A stretch of DNA of 64,000 nt from Lachnospiraceae bacterium (GCA_011960625.1 BLMJ01000224.1:97523-161522), one strand, 5' to 3'; positions 9,361 through 19,151 are shown, counted from the first letter of the stretch. Numbers and translations are program-made. Notes: generated by a model not told the origin, from the letters alone.

Positions 9361-10446
9361 CTACTTTGCCTTAATATATCCCTTTGCAGTCAGCGCTTCC
9401 GCGCAGAGGACTGCTCCGCCTGCCGCACCGCGAACGGTATTGTGGGACAGACCGATAAACTTATAGTCATAGATGGTATCTTCCCTAAGCCTTCCGATGG
9501 AAACGCCCATTCCCTTTTCAAAATCTACATCCAGCTTTACCTGGGGGCGGTTATCTTCTTCTAAGTACTGGATAAACTGCTTCGGTGCGCTTGGAAGCCC
9601 TTCTTCTTGGGGATATCCCTTGTAGTTCAAAAGCTTCTCGATTAACTGCTCTTTCGTCGGCTTCTTCTCAAAATTAATAAATACTGCCGCCGTATGTCCG
9701 TTAAGCACAGGGACACGGATACACTGACAGGTAATCTTCGGGAGATCCGCTTTGACAATCTGCCCGTCCTCCACATGCCCCAACACACGCAGAGGCTCCT
9801 GCTCGCTCTTTTCTTCCTCCCCTCCGATATATGGAATCACATTTCCTTCCATCTCCGGCCAATCCTTAAAAGTCTTACCGGCTCCTGAGATTGCCTGATA
9901 GGTGGTCGCCACCACTTCCTTGGGGCCAAATTCCTTCCAAGCCGCAAGACAAGGCGCATAGCTTTGGATAGAGCAGTTCGGTTTTACCGCAATAAAGCCC
10001 CGCATCGTTCCAAGCCGTTTCTTCTGGGCCTCAATGACCTCAAAATGCTCAGAATTAATCTCCGGCACCACCATCGGAACATCTGGCGTCCAACGGTGCG
10101 CGCTGTTGTTGGACACCACCGGAGTCTCCGTCTTCGCATATTCCTCTTCGATTGCCCGAATCTCCTCCTTCGTCATGTCCACGGCGCTGAACACAAAATC
10201 AACCGTGGCCGCAACCTTCTCTACCTCATTGACGTTCAACACTGTAAGACCTTTGACAGACTCCGGCATCGGCGATGCCATCTTCCAGCGGTCCCCTACC
10301 GCCTGTTCATAGCTCTTCCCCGCTGACCTGGCGCTTGCCGCCACAGTGACAACCTCAAACCATGGATGGTCTTCAAGCAGTGAGATAAATCTCTGTCCAA
10401 CCATGCCTGTTGCTCCCAAGATACCTACCCTCAATTTCTGTTCCAT
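9361..10446 (-). CDS. asd: Aspartate-semialdehyde dehydrogenase
   Basis: 'GATGMVGQ', 'PNCS', 'YQAISGAG', 'RVPVLNGH', 'HNTVRGAAG'. Confidence 0.96.
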   Translation of the reverse strand: MEQKLRVGILGATGMVGQRFISLLEDHPWFEVVTVAASARSAGKSYEQAVGDRWKMASPMPESVKGLTVLNVNEVEKVAATVDFVFSAVDMTKEEIRAIEEEYAKTETPVVSNNSAHRWTPDVPMVVPEINSEHFEVIEAQKKRLGTMRGFIAVKPNCSIQSYAPCLAAWKEFGPKEVVATTYQAISGAGKTFKDWPEMEGNVIPYIGGEEEKSEQEPLRVLGHVEDGQIVKADLPKITCQCIRVPVLNGHTAAVFINFEKKPTKEQLIEKLLNYKGYPQEEGLPSAPKQFIQYLEEDNRPQVKLDVDFEKGMGVSIGRLREDTIYDYKFIGLSHNTVRGAAGGAVLCAEALTAKGYIKAK

Positions 10447-10506
10447 GCTTCTCCACTCCTCTTATCCTATATTCTATCGCAAATACGCTGACTTATGGCT
10501 CAGTTA

Positions 10507-11886
10507 CTAATACTCTCCAAGATATTTCTTACATGCCGCAAGCTCTGCCTCCATAGCAGCTCTTCCCGGCGCCCCTGTCGTAACCCTCTTATTGACGCAG
10601 GTTTCCATACTGATTGCCTCGTAGATGTCCTCATCAAACACAGGTGAAAGCTTCTGATACTCCTCAAGGGGAAGCTCATCCAACGCAACTCCCTTCTCAA
10701 TGCAAAGAAGCACCAGCCTTCCTACAATCCCGTGAGCATCCCGAAATGCCACTCCATGATTTACCAGATAATCTGCCGCATCCGTCGCATTGGTAAACCC
10801 ATGCTTCGCACTGTCCTCCATCCGTTCCTTCTTAAAACGCATGGTTCGCAGCATTCCGGCAAATAATGTAAGACATCCCTTGGCCGTATCAATAGCGTCG
10901 AACGCCCACTCCTTATCCTCCTGCATATCTTTATTGTATGCAAGAGGGATTCCCTTCATGGCCACCAAAAGTCCCTGAAGCGCCCCATACACCCGTCCGG
11001 TCTTGCCCCGAACTAACTCTGCAATGTCCGGATTTTTCTTCTGAGGCATAATACTGCTGCCGGTACTGTAAGCGTCGTCTATCTCCACAAACTGATACTC
11101 ATTGCTGTTCCAAATGATAATCTCCTCGGAAAACCGGCTCAGGTGCATCATCATAATGGACAAGGCTGATAAGAGCTCCAGCAGATAATCTCTGTCGGAA
11201 ACTCCATCCATACTATTCCTTGTAGGTCCCTTAAATCCCAGCAGACCGGCCGTATAATCCCTATCCAGCGGATAGGTAGTTCCTGCCAAAGCTCCGGAAC
11301 CCAGCGGGCAGGTATCCATCCTCCGGTAAATATCCAAAAGCCGCTCGTGATCTCTGCAAAACATCTCAAAATATGCCCCCATGTGATGAGCCAGCGTTAC
11401 TGGCTGCGCCTTTTGCAGATGGGTAAAACCTGGCATATAGGTATCCACATGCTCCTCCATGACTGCCAGAATCGCCTGCAGAAGCTCCTTTACTAACTGG
11501 TTCAGTATATGTACCTCATCCCTTGCATACAGCTTCATATCCAGAGCCACCTGGTCATTACGGCTGCGCCCCGTATGCAGCTTCTTCCCAGGCTCCCCAA
11601 TTCGCTCAATCAGCGTCGCCTCCACGAAACTGTGGATATCTTCATACTGCTCTGTGATCTCAATTCTCCCATTCTCCACATCGCCTAAGATACCCTCAAG
11701 ACCCTCGACAATCTTCTCCTTCTCTGCCTCCGTCAAGATTCCCTGTCTTGCCAGCATCATCACATGTGCAATGCTGCCACGGATATCCTGCGCATAAAAT
11801 CGCTTGTCAAATGAAATGGATGCGTTAAACTGATATACAAGCTGATCCGTTTCCTTTGTAAAACGTCCGCCCCATAATTGTGCCAT
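10507..11886 (-). CDS. argH: Argininosuccinate lyase
   Basis: 'LWGGRF', 'LHTGRSRNDQ', 'GSSIMPQKKNPD', 'YNKDMQEDK'. Confidence 0.97.
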   Translation of the reverse strand: MAQLWGGRFTKETDQLVYQFNASISFDKRFYAQDIRGSIAHVMMLARQGILTEAEKEKIVEGLEGILGDVENGRIEITEQYEDIHSFVEATLIERIGEPGKKLHTGRSRNDQVALDMKLYARDEVHILNQLVKELLQAILAVMEEHVDTYMPGFTHLQKAQPVTLAHHMGAYFEMFCRDHERLLDIYRRMDTCPLGSGALAGTTYPLDRDYTAGLLGFKGPTRNSMDGVSDRDYLLELLSALSIMMMHLSRFSEEIIIWNSNEYQFVEIDDAYSTGSSIMPQKKNPDIAELVRGKTGRVYGALQGLLVAMKGIPLAYNKDMQEDKEWAFDAIDTAKGCLTLFAGMLRTMRFKKERMEDSAKHGFTNATDAADYLVNHGVAFRDAHGIVGRLVLLCIEKGVALDELPLEEYQKLSPVFDEDIYEAISMETCVNKRVTTGAPGRAAMEAELAACKKYLGEY

Positions 11887-11934
11887 AGCTTTTCATCTCC
11901 CTTGTATTTTTCTATCTTCAGGACTCCTAGTACA

Positions 11935-11988
11935 CTAGTGTACTGACACGTTTACATTTGTCTGAAAGTAAATGTGTCAGCACACTAG
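11935..11988. repeat. CTAG-terminated palindromic repeat (MITE/REP-like), copy 1
   Basis: CTAGTGTACTGACAC...GTGTCAGCACACTAG (14/15 inverted match). Near-identical to the copy at 45086-45133. Confidence 0.8.
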
Positions 11989-12599
11989 GCTCTTCGCGAC
12001 AGGGCCACGGAAAATTCGCAGCCGCAATAATCCTGCCGGTACAGCCCGTACTTCTTTGACAATTCAATCGAGCGCTTGTAACCGTTCTTCTTCTTAAAAT
12101 CAGACGGCAGGTACGCCACCCCATACTCCTTGGAAAGCCGTATCCCGATTTCATTCAACCGAGAGGCGTTTTTAAGGGGGCTGATGCTCAAGGTTGTCCC
12201 AAAATAATCAAATCCGCATTTTTTCGCCACCTCTGCCGATTCACGAAGCCGAAGTTCATAACATCTAAAACAGCGTTCCCCACCCTCTTTTAGATGCTCC
12301 ATCCCTCTCGCCATCTCGTAAAAGCGGTCTTTATCATAACTACCTGCCATAAATGCAATGGGATGCTGGGTCTTCATCTTTGCAATCAAAGTCTGTTGTT
12401 CTAAAATCCGTTTGGTATATTCACTTTCGGGATAAATATTCGGATTATAATAAAATATAGTAATCTCAAAATAATTACTCAAATATTCCATTACATAACT
12501 GCTGCAAGGCGCACAGCAGCTATGCAGCAGAAGACTTGGCGCCTTCCCTTCCTTTCCCAGACACTCAATCAATTTCTCTAGCTCTTTCTGATAATTCAT
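11985..12599 (-). CDS. queH: Epoxyqueuosine reductase QueH
   Basis: 'LLHSCCAPCS', 'YNPNIYP..EY', 'GGERCFRCYELRL', 'TTLSISPLKN', 'YRQDYCGC'. Confidence 0.92.
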   Translation of the reverse strand: MNYQKELEKLIECLGKEGKAPSLLLHSCCAPCSSYVMEYLSNYFEITIFYYNPNIYPESEYTKRILEQQTLIAKMKTQHPIAFMAGSYDKDRFYEMARGMEHLKEGGERCFRCYELRLRESAEVAKKCGFDYFGTTLSISPLKNASRLNEIGIRLSKEYGVAYLPSDFKKKNGYKRSIELSKKYGLYRQDYCGCEFSVALSRRA

Positions 12600-12812
12600 C
12601 TGAACTTTTCTCCTCTAAAATGACATTATATTTTTCCTTTCTACAGCTTGTCTCCACGTCCTTTATGGGCAATACGACCCATGCCCTTAAGGTATACTTT
12701 TGAATTATAACCGCTTTCATGGCTTCTGGCAAGGTTAATCCGTAACTAATTTATGATATTTACATAAAATAATGTAACGATAACTGTATCATAATCCATA
12801 CTGGAGGTTCCT

Positions 12813-13580
12813 ATGGAACAAGTATTAGAACTCAAACATATCCACTACGCCTATCACACCCTGGACGGGGAAACTCCCGCTCTTACAGATATATCCTTTG
12901 CACTGAACAAGGGCGAATTTGTTTCCATCGTAGGACCGTCAGGCTGCGGCAAATCCACGCTGCTTTCCATTATCGCAGGTCTTCTCGAGCCGGAAAAAGG
13001 TCTCATCAAAATCAATGGAAAATACTTAAAAGAAAGCACCACCAACGTAGGCTACATGCTCCAGCACGACGAACTCTTCGAGTGGCGTACCATCTACAAC
13101 AATGTAATTCTCGGGCTTGAGGTCCAGCACATGCTGACCGCCCGTACCAAAGAGCGGGCGCATGAACTTTTAGACCTCTACGGGCTGCGCCAGTTCGAGA
13201 CTTCCCGCCCGTCCGAGTTATCCGGCGGGATGCGCCAGCGCGCCGCCCTAATCCGCACCCTGGTATTAGAGCCGGATCTTTTACTTTTGGATGAACCCTT
13301 TTCCGCACTGGACTACCAGACACGGCTGACCGTCGGGGACGATATCGGTCAGATTATCCGCAAAGAAGGAAAATCAGCTCTGCTTGTGACCCATGACCTG
13401 TCAGAGGCTATATCCCTTGCCGACCGGGTCATTATCCTCTCAGGCCGTCCCGCCGCTATCCGGCAGACCATCCCGCTGATCTTCGACCTTTCAGAAGATA
13501 CACCGTTGAATCGACGCAACGCCCCGGAATTTAAAACATATTTTAATCTTATATGGAAGGAGTTGAATACCGATGAGTAA
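12813..13580 (+). CDS. ABC transporter ATP-binding protein (NitT/TauT family)
   Basis: Walker A GPSGCGKST, signature LSGGMRQR, Walker B LLLLDEPFSALD, H-loop VTHD. Confidence 0.92.
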   Translation: MEQVLELKHIHYAYHTLDGETPALTDISFALNKGEFVSIVGPSGCGKSTLLSIIAGLLEPEKGLIKINGKYLKESTTNVGYMLQHDELFEWRTIYNNVILGLEVQHMLTARTKERAHELLDLYGLRQFETSRPSELSGGMRQRAALIRTLVLEPDLLLLDEPFSALDYQTRLTVGDDIGQIIRKEGKSALLVTHDLSEAISLADRVIILSGRPAAIRQTIPLIFDLSEDTPLNRRNAPEFKTYFNLIWKELNTDE

Positions 13581-14370
13581 CCTGTCAGCAGGACAGCAGA
13601 AATATCTGCTTATGCACCGACGGCATAAACGGATTGTCAGGATATCCCGAGTACTGATTCTGCTAAGTTTTTTATTTATCTGGGAATTTACCGCCAACGT
13701 AGGGATCATTGATTCTTTTATTTTCAGCAGCCCCTCCAAAATCGCACTCTGCTTTTGGGAGATGCTTCTGGATAAAAGTATCTTTGTGCACCTTGGAGTC
13801 ACATTGTACGAGACAATCCTAAGTTTCCTGCTCGTAATTGCCATCAGCATTCTGGTGGCAGTTGCCCTTTGGTTCAGCAGCAAACTCTCCGAGATCCTAG
13901 ATCCCTATCTGGTAGTGCTGAACAGCCTTCCAAAATCTGCGCTGGCGCCTCTCCTGATTGTCTGGCTTGGAGCAACAAAGACAACGATAATCGTAGCCGG
14001 AATGTCAGTCGCAATCTTTGGAAGTATCTTAAGCCTTTATACCAGCTTCACCACAGTCGACCCTGGCAAAATCAAACTTATCTATACCCTGGGCGGCAAC
14101 CGTTTCCATGCGCTGTCAAAGGTGGTGCTGCCAAGCTCCATCCCCGCAATCATCAGCAATATGAAGGTAAATATAGGATTGTGTCTGGTTGGGGTGATTA
14201 TCGGAGAATTCCTGGCGGCAAGAGATGGGCTGGGATATCTGATTATATATTCAAGCCAGGTATTTAAAATGGATTGGCTCTTGATGAGTATCGTCCTCTT
14301 GTGCATTATGGCGATGCTTCTCTATTACTTGATAAGCCTCCTGGAAAAATGGTGCCGCCGCCGTTTCTAA
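13573..14370 (+). CDS. ABC transporter permease (NitT/TauT family)
   Basis: Multiple TM helices, 'NSLPKSALAPL', 'GVIIGEFL', 'GLGYLI'. Overlaps the ATPase gene. Confidence 0.9.
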   Translation: MSNLSAGQQKYLLMHRRHKRIVRISRVLILLSFLFIWEFTANVGIIDSFIFSSPSKIALCFWEMLLDKSIFVHLGVTLYETILSFLLVIAISILVAVALWFSSKLSEILDPYLVVLNSLPKSALAPLLIVWLGATKTTIIVAGMSVAIFGSILSLYTSFTTVDPGKIKLIYTLGGNRFHALSKVVLPSSIPAIISNMKVNIGLCLVGVIIGEFLAARDGLGYLIIYSSQVFKMDWLLMSIVLLCIMAMLLYYLISLLEKWCRRRF

Positions 14371-14378
14371 AAAATCCA

Positions 14379-14446
14379 ATCTGCTTTCGGTATCCGTGGA
14401 TTCCTGCCGGAAAGCAAATCAGGAGATGCAAAAAAGCACCTCCTGC
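14379..14446. terminator. Two hairpins between convergent genes (probable terminators)
   Basis: TGCTTTCGG..CCGGAAAGCA and CAGGAGATGC-A6-GCACCTCCTG. Confidence 0.45.
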
Positions 14447-14464
14447 ATACATACTTTAATCTTA

Positions 14465-15955
14465 CTAACCCAGTTCCTTCCATAGGCTGCTGCCCGACGC
14501 ATGTGATTCTATCTCATCAAAAGTAAATGGCGCCGTCACCCACACATAGCCCCTATCATTCTCATCATCCTGGGCATAATTTAAATCAAATCCAATCTCA
14601 ATCCCATCGGCATCCAGGAAGTAAATCACCTCATAGACTCCGTCTTGACTGTCCCCTTCCAGAGCTTTCTTCAAAGTCTCCAAATCGGCCTCTGCAAGAA
14701 ATGTATCGTCTTCTGCCTCGCTGCGCATCCTGGAAAGCCAATCCTCTAAGAATGTGTCGCTGAGCTTTACAATGTCCTTTACCTCATAAACCGTCCCGTC
14801 CTTCAGGCTGATATTACAGGTGCGCAAATGCTGCACATAGTAGCTCTGCCCGCCTTCGTACCCGTAATCCTCGTAAACCACACAGAGGAAATCCTCAGAA
14901 GCATAGCAGACCTTATACTCCACATAATCCATCAAAATGGGATATTGCTCTGCAATCACCCGCTCTTTGATCTCCGGCGCTGGCTCATCATAGATACGCT
15001 TAACCGTTTCCATGGCACGTTCCTTTAGGATATCATTAACCTTTTTCTCTACGGAGGCATCCGATAATCCATTGACCACGGGATAAGTCACATTGAATTG
15101 AATCACCATGGACTGTTTCTCATCATCCACAAAGTCATAACTATCCTCATTAAGCTCATAGGTCACATTATCGTCAATCATCTCTGGGATTGCCCAGATT
15201 CCAGAGATTTCCTCCGGTTCCTCATACAGGCCGCCGCCAAACTCATAGGGCATCTCGTAATCCCCAAAGCCGTTATCGTAATCAAAATAATAGTCATCGT
15301 CGTAGTCGTAGTCATCGTCATAATCCGGCTCATCGTCATTCCAGTTTCTCTGATGTCCAAGCGCCCTTTCAAATTCGCGGCCCGCTTTGACCCCAATGAA
15401 CGAAAACACCAGCACCAGAATCAGTCCAAATGCTCCGAGCGCTATCCAAGGAGCCTTTGAACGCTGGTTTTTCAGAGATACCATACTCAGGTTCACATAC
15501 ATTTCCATGGGAACATAGCACATTCCTTCCCGCTTTTGCTCCCCTGAAACAGGCCGCATACCCAGATGTATGTATCTTTCCACTGCATCCGGATCTGCAT
15601 TGACTGTCAGCCTGCTCCCATGCAAATACTGTGCACAGTAATGGTAAACATGGTCAAACAATATACGCCCGATTCCCTGCCCCTGCCTCTCCTTCGCCAC
15701 AAAGAACAGAGCAATGTGGCCATCCGGCCTTAAAGCCAATGTGCCGCACAGGGTTCCATTTTCGTATGCTCCAAAGAAAATCAGCTCTCTCCGCTGCCAA
15801 ACTTCACTGATATAATCGTATTGAATAAATTTCTGAAATGCCGCCACACCTTCCGGGCTGCTCTTCGGCGCGATTGAATCCGCATAAACCTCCCATACCA
15901 GGTGCAGCGCCGGAAGCAACTCCGGCTGCTCAAGCATCCTTATTTCCATAATCAA
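14465..15955 (-). CDS. GNAT acetyltransferase fused through one TM helix to an acidic linker and a DUF4163/DUF3298 (PdaC/RsiV-like) domain
   Basis: GNAT motif A 'FFVAKERQGQGIG' and 'LTVNA'; TM 'WIALGAFGLILVLVFSFIGV'; D/Y-rich linker; 'VTYPVVNGL..VEKKVNDILK' and 'NISLKDGTVYEVKDIV'. Confidence 0.7.
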   Translation of the reverse strand: MIMEIRMLEQPELLPALHLVWEVYADSIAPKSSPEGVAAFQKFIQYDYISEVWQRRELIFFGAYENGTLCGTLALRPDGHIALFFVAKERQGQGIGRILFDHVYHYCAQYLHGSRLTVNADPDAVERYIHLGMRPVSGEQKREGMCYVPMEMYVNLSMVSLKNQRSKAPWIALGAFGLILVLVFSFIGVKAGREFERALGHQRNWNDDEPDYDDDYDYDDDYYFDYDNGFGDYEMPYEFGGGLYEEPEEISGIWAIPEMIDDNVTYELNEDSYDFVDDEKQSMVIQFNVTYPVVNGLSDASVEKKVNDILKERAMETVKRIYDEPAPEIKERVIAEQYPILMDYVEYKVCYASEDFLCVVYEDYGYEGGQSYYVQHLRTCNISLKDGTVYEVKDIVKLSDTFLEDWLSRMRSEAEDDTFLAEADLETLKKALEGDSQDGVYEVIYFLDADGIEIGFDLNYAQDDENDRGYVWVTAPFTFDEIESHASGSSLWKELG

Positions 15956-15966
15956 AGCCTCGCCTC

Positions 15967-17214
15967 CTAGCTTTTGTAACCAATCAATTCTTCTCGAAGC
16001 AAGGTCAATGCCCTCGCCACCGTATACTCCCGATTCTTATCTCTGTTTCCCGTGAAGTGAAATTCCTCCACACGGACATGGCCTTTCACATAGCACCCAA
16101 CATACACCAGTCCCACCGGTTTATCCTTTGTTCCGCCTCCCGGTCCGGCAATTCCAGTCACACTTAGGGCCGCATCTGCACCTGCGGCCTCTGCCACTTT
16201 GCGCGCCATCTCTTCGGCCGTCTGTGGACTCACCGCACCATACTGCATCAAAGTTTCCCGTTTCACCCCAAGCAGACGCTCCTTCGCATCATTGGAGTAA
16301 GTAATATAACCCTCCTGAAACACGTTTGAAGCTCCCGGTACATTCGTAATTCTACCCGCCAGCAGCCCTCCTGTACAGGATTCCGCCGTAGTCACAGTCA
16401 GCTTTTGCTCCTTAAGAAGGCGGACAATTGCCTCTTCGAGAGTCACCGCTTCCTCCGTGGTATAAATCTTATCCCCAAAGCGACGGAATAATTCGTCCAT
16501 AAGGGGCGCGAACAATTTTTCCGCCTCTTTTTCATCCGAAGCCTTTGCTGTTACCCGAAAATGTACCTCCCCGGTTTTTGCATAAGGCGCAATCGTGGGA
16601 TTGGTCTGCGCGTCCATAAGGTCAGAAACCATAGTTTCCGCCTTACTCTCCCCGATAGAACAGAGCTTCACCATCTTAGAGTAGATACCTTCCGGCTGCA
16701 GTTCATTCAGATATGGTGCGATATCCCGCTCAAACATAGGTTTTATCTCATTCGGCGGTCCAGGAAGAAGAATTGCAATCTTCCCGTTCTCCTCTATAAT
16801 CAATCCGGGCGCCGTTCCATTATGGTTGTCTACCACCCTGGCCCCCTTAGGCACCATCGCCTGCTTCCAGTTGTTGGGCGTTACCTGGTCACTGTGTACC
16901 CGTTGGAAGTACGCTTCAATCCTCTCTCGCGTGTGACTATCCTCATAAAGCTCCCTGCCGAAAACCTTCGCCACCACCTCTTTGGTCAGGTCATCCTTCG
17001 TAGGTCCAAGGCCGCCGCTTAAAATCAGGATATCCGATCTTGAAAGAGCCTGCCTAACCGTATCCTCCAACCGCTCCTCATTATCCCCCACTACACTCTG
17101 ATAGTAGCAGGAAAGCCCCAGCGCCGCACACTTCTCCGACAGATACGCCGCATTCGTATTCACAATATTTCCCAATAAAATCTCCGTACCTACGGAAATA
17201 AACTCCACCGTCAT
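15967..17214 (-). CDS. cinA: Competence/damage-inducible protein A (MoCF-like domain + PncC NMN deamidase)
   Basis: 'GTEILLG.IVNTNA', 'GGLGPTKDDLT', 'AESCTGG', 'TGIAGPGGG'. Confidence 0.95.
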   Translation of the reverse strand: MTVEFISVGTEILLGNIVNTNAAYLSEKCAALGLSCYYQSVVGDNEERLEDTVRQALSRSDILILSGGLGPTKDDLTKEVVAKVFGRELYEDSHTRERIEAYFQRVHSDQVTPNNWKQAMVPKGARVVDNHNGTAPGLIIEENGKIAILLPGPPNEIKPMFERDIAPYLNELQPEGIYSKMVKLCSIGESKAETMVSDLMDAQTNPTIAPYAKTGEVHFRVTAKASDEKEAEKLFAPLMDELFRRFGDKIYTTEEAVTLEEAIVRLLKEQKLTVTTAESCTGGLLAGRITNVPGASNVFQEGYITYSNDAKERLLGVKRETLMQYGAVSPQTAEEMARKVAEAAGADAALSVTGIAGPGGGTKDKPVGLVYVGCYVKGHVRVEEFHFTGNRDKNREYTVARALTLLREELIGYKS

Positions 17215-17217
17215 CCG

Positions 17218-17760
17218 TTACACACCTCCTTGAGTCAAAACCTGCACATTCTTGGCAACATAATCGATCAAAGAAACGACCGTCAAGATTAAGGATACCC
17301 AAATTAACACCGTTCCAATCATGTCAAAGATACCTCCGAAGTCCGCAATCAGCACGATAATCATCGCCATCTGGAAAACCGTCTTGAATTTTCCGAAGTA
17401 GCTTGCTGCAATGACGATCCCATTATCCGAGGCAATCAGCCGAAATCCGCTGATGATAAACTCTCTGGCAATGATAACAATAACGATCCACGCATCCAAG
17501 TCTCCAGAAGGAATCAGGCAAATCATGGCAGAGCATACCAGCAGTTTATCCGCCAGAGGGTCCATAAATTTTCCGAAATTCGTCACCAGATTCCTTGCCC
17601 GGGCTATCTTCCCGTCCAACATATCCGTAAGGCTTGCCACACAGAAAATCGCCAGCGCAATCCACTTATTCCCATCGCCTCCCACGTCTGTCAGCATAAA
17701 AAATACAAAAAAAGGTACCATAATCACTCGAAGCACCGTCAATTTATTTGGTAAATTCAT
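17218..17760 (-). CDS. pgsA: CDP-diacylglycerol--glycerol-3-phosphate 3-phosphatidyltransferase
   Basis: 'MNLPNKLT', 'DMLDGKIAR', 'GKFMDPLADK'. rimO-pgsA-cinA synteny. Confidence 0.95.
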   Translation of the reverse strand: MNLPNKLTVLRVIMVPFFVFFMLTDVGGDGNKWIALAIFCVASLTDMLDGKIARARNLVTNFGKFMDPLADKLLVCSAMICLIPSGDLDAWIVIVIIAREFIISGFRLIASDNGIVIAASYFGKFKTVFQMAMIIVLIADFGGIFDMIGTVLIWVSLILTVVSLIDYVAKNVQVLTQGGV

Positions 17761-19082
17761 ACGATCAACTCTCCTATCAAATCATATTCCATAGCCCCGG
17801 TCACTCTCACTTTTGCAAAGTCTCCGGTCACCAGTTCCTCTTCTGTCTGAACAAAAATAAGCCCGTCCACATTGGGGGCATCCCGATAAGTCCTTCCCAC
17901 ATACGCATCCTCGTCCGCCACTTTTCCTTCAATCATCACCAGCACTTCCCGGCCAAGCATCCCCTCCGCCTGCTCAAATGCAATGTCCTGCTGCAGCTCC
18001 ATCAATTCTGCCTGCCGCTCTTCCTTCACTTCTTCCGGCACCTGGTCAGGCATATAAGCCGCCGGCGTATCCTCCTCCGGCGAATAGGTAAATACCCCCA
18101 GACGGTCAAATTCCATCTCATCTACGAACTCCATCAGTTCCTCATGCTGTTCCTTCATCTCACCTGGGAACCCGGTAATCAGGGTTGTACGAATTGCAAT
18201 ATCCGGAATCTCCGCTCTAAGCTTTGCAATCGTCTCCTTAAGCTGCTCTTTTGAGGTCCGTCTCCCCATCTTCTTTAAAATATGGTCACTGGCATGCTGG
18301 ATTGGCAAATCCAGATAATGGCAAATCTTCTTTTCTTCCTTTATCACCTGGATTAGCTCATCATCTACCTCCTCCGGATAACAATACAGAATCCTGATCC
18401 AACGGATTCCACGAATCTTACATAATTCCCGCAAGAGCTTGTGAAGCGACTTCTCCCCATAGAGATCCTTCCCATAAACCGTCGTTTCCTGCGCCACCAG
18501 GATCAATTCCTTCACACCCTGTTCTGCAAGTTCCCCTGCTTCCTTCAAGAGACGCTCCATAGGTACACTTCTATAATTCCCTCGAATCTTCGGAATGATA
18601 CAATACGTGCAGTGTTTATCACAGCCCTCCGCGATTTTCAGATAAGCATAATGCCCGCCTGTCGTCACTAGCCGCTTTTCCTCCACTTTAGGCAGCAAAT
18701 CCAGACTTCCAAGGTCCACCCGCCCCTTTCCGGCCAACGCTTCCTCGATAGCCTGAACAATCCGGTCATAAGACGTGGTTCCAAGAACCGCATCTACCTC
18801 TTTAATCTCCTCAACAATCTCCTGCTGGTACCGCTGCGCCAGACAGCCGGTCACCACCAGCGCTTTCAGTCTCCCTTTCTCCTTATATTCCGCCATCTCC
18901 AGGATGGTCTGGATACTCTCTTCCTTCGCATCATGGATGAAACAGCAGGTATTCACCACAATCACCTCTGCCTGCATCTCGTCATCCACAATCTGATATC
19001 CCTTCGCATCCAACAATCCCAGCATGACTTCTGAATCCACCAGATTCTTGTCGCATCCCAACGAGATAAATAATATGTTCAT
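17757..19082 (-). CDS. rimO: Ribosomal protein S12 methylthiotransferase
   Basis: 'SLGCDKNLVDSE', radical SAM 'EGCDKHCTYC', C-terminal TRAM 'DAPNVDG'. Confidence 0.95.
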   Translation of the reverse strand: MNILFISLGCDKNLVDSEVMLGLLDAKGYQIVDDEMQAEVIVVNTCCFIHDAKEESIQTILEMAEYKEKGRLKALVVTGCLAQRYQQEIVEEIKEVDAVLGTTSYDRIVQAIEEALAGKGRVDLGSLDLLPKVEEKRLVTTGGHYAYLKIAEGCDKHCTYCIIPKIRGNYRSVPMERLLKEAGELAEQGVKELILVAQETTVYGKDLYGEKSLHKLLRELCKIRGIRWIRILYCYPEEVDDELIQVIKEEKKICHYLDLPIQHASDHILKKMGRRTSKEQLKETIAKLRAEIPDIAIRTTLITGFPGEMKEQHEELMEFVDEMEFDRLGVFTYSPEEDTPAAYMPDQVPEEVKEERQAELMELQQDIAFEQAEGMLGREVLVMIEGKVADEDAYVGRTYRDAPNVDGLIFVQTEEELVTGDFAKVRVTGAMEYDLIGELIV

Positions 19083-19115
19083 CCCATCCTCCTTTAAATG
19101 CTATGGCAAGAAAGA

Positions 19116-19151
19116 GCTATCGGAAAATGCTGCATATCATTTTCCGATAGC
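19116..19151 (-). terminator. Terminator-like hairpin between rpoZ and rimO
   Basis: Perfect 14-bp inverted repeat GCTATCGGAAAATG / CATTTTCCGATAGC followed by TCTTTCTT on the minus strand. Confidence 0.7.

Noticed and set aside
15270-15340. (TCG/TAG/TCA)n microsatellite-like stretch
   Set aside because: It encodes the Asp/Tyr-rich linker of the GNAT fusion and is not a separate element.
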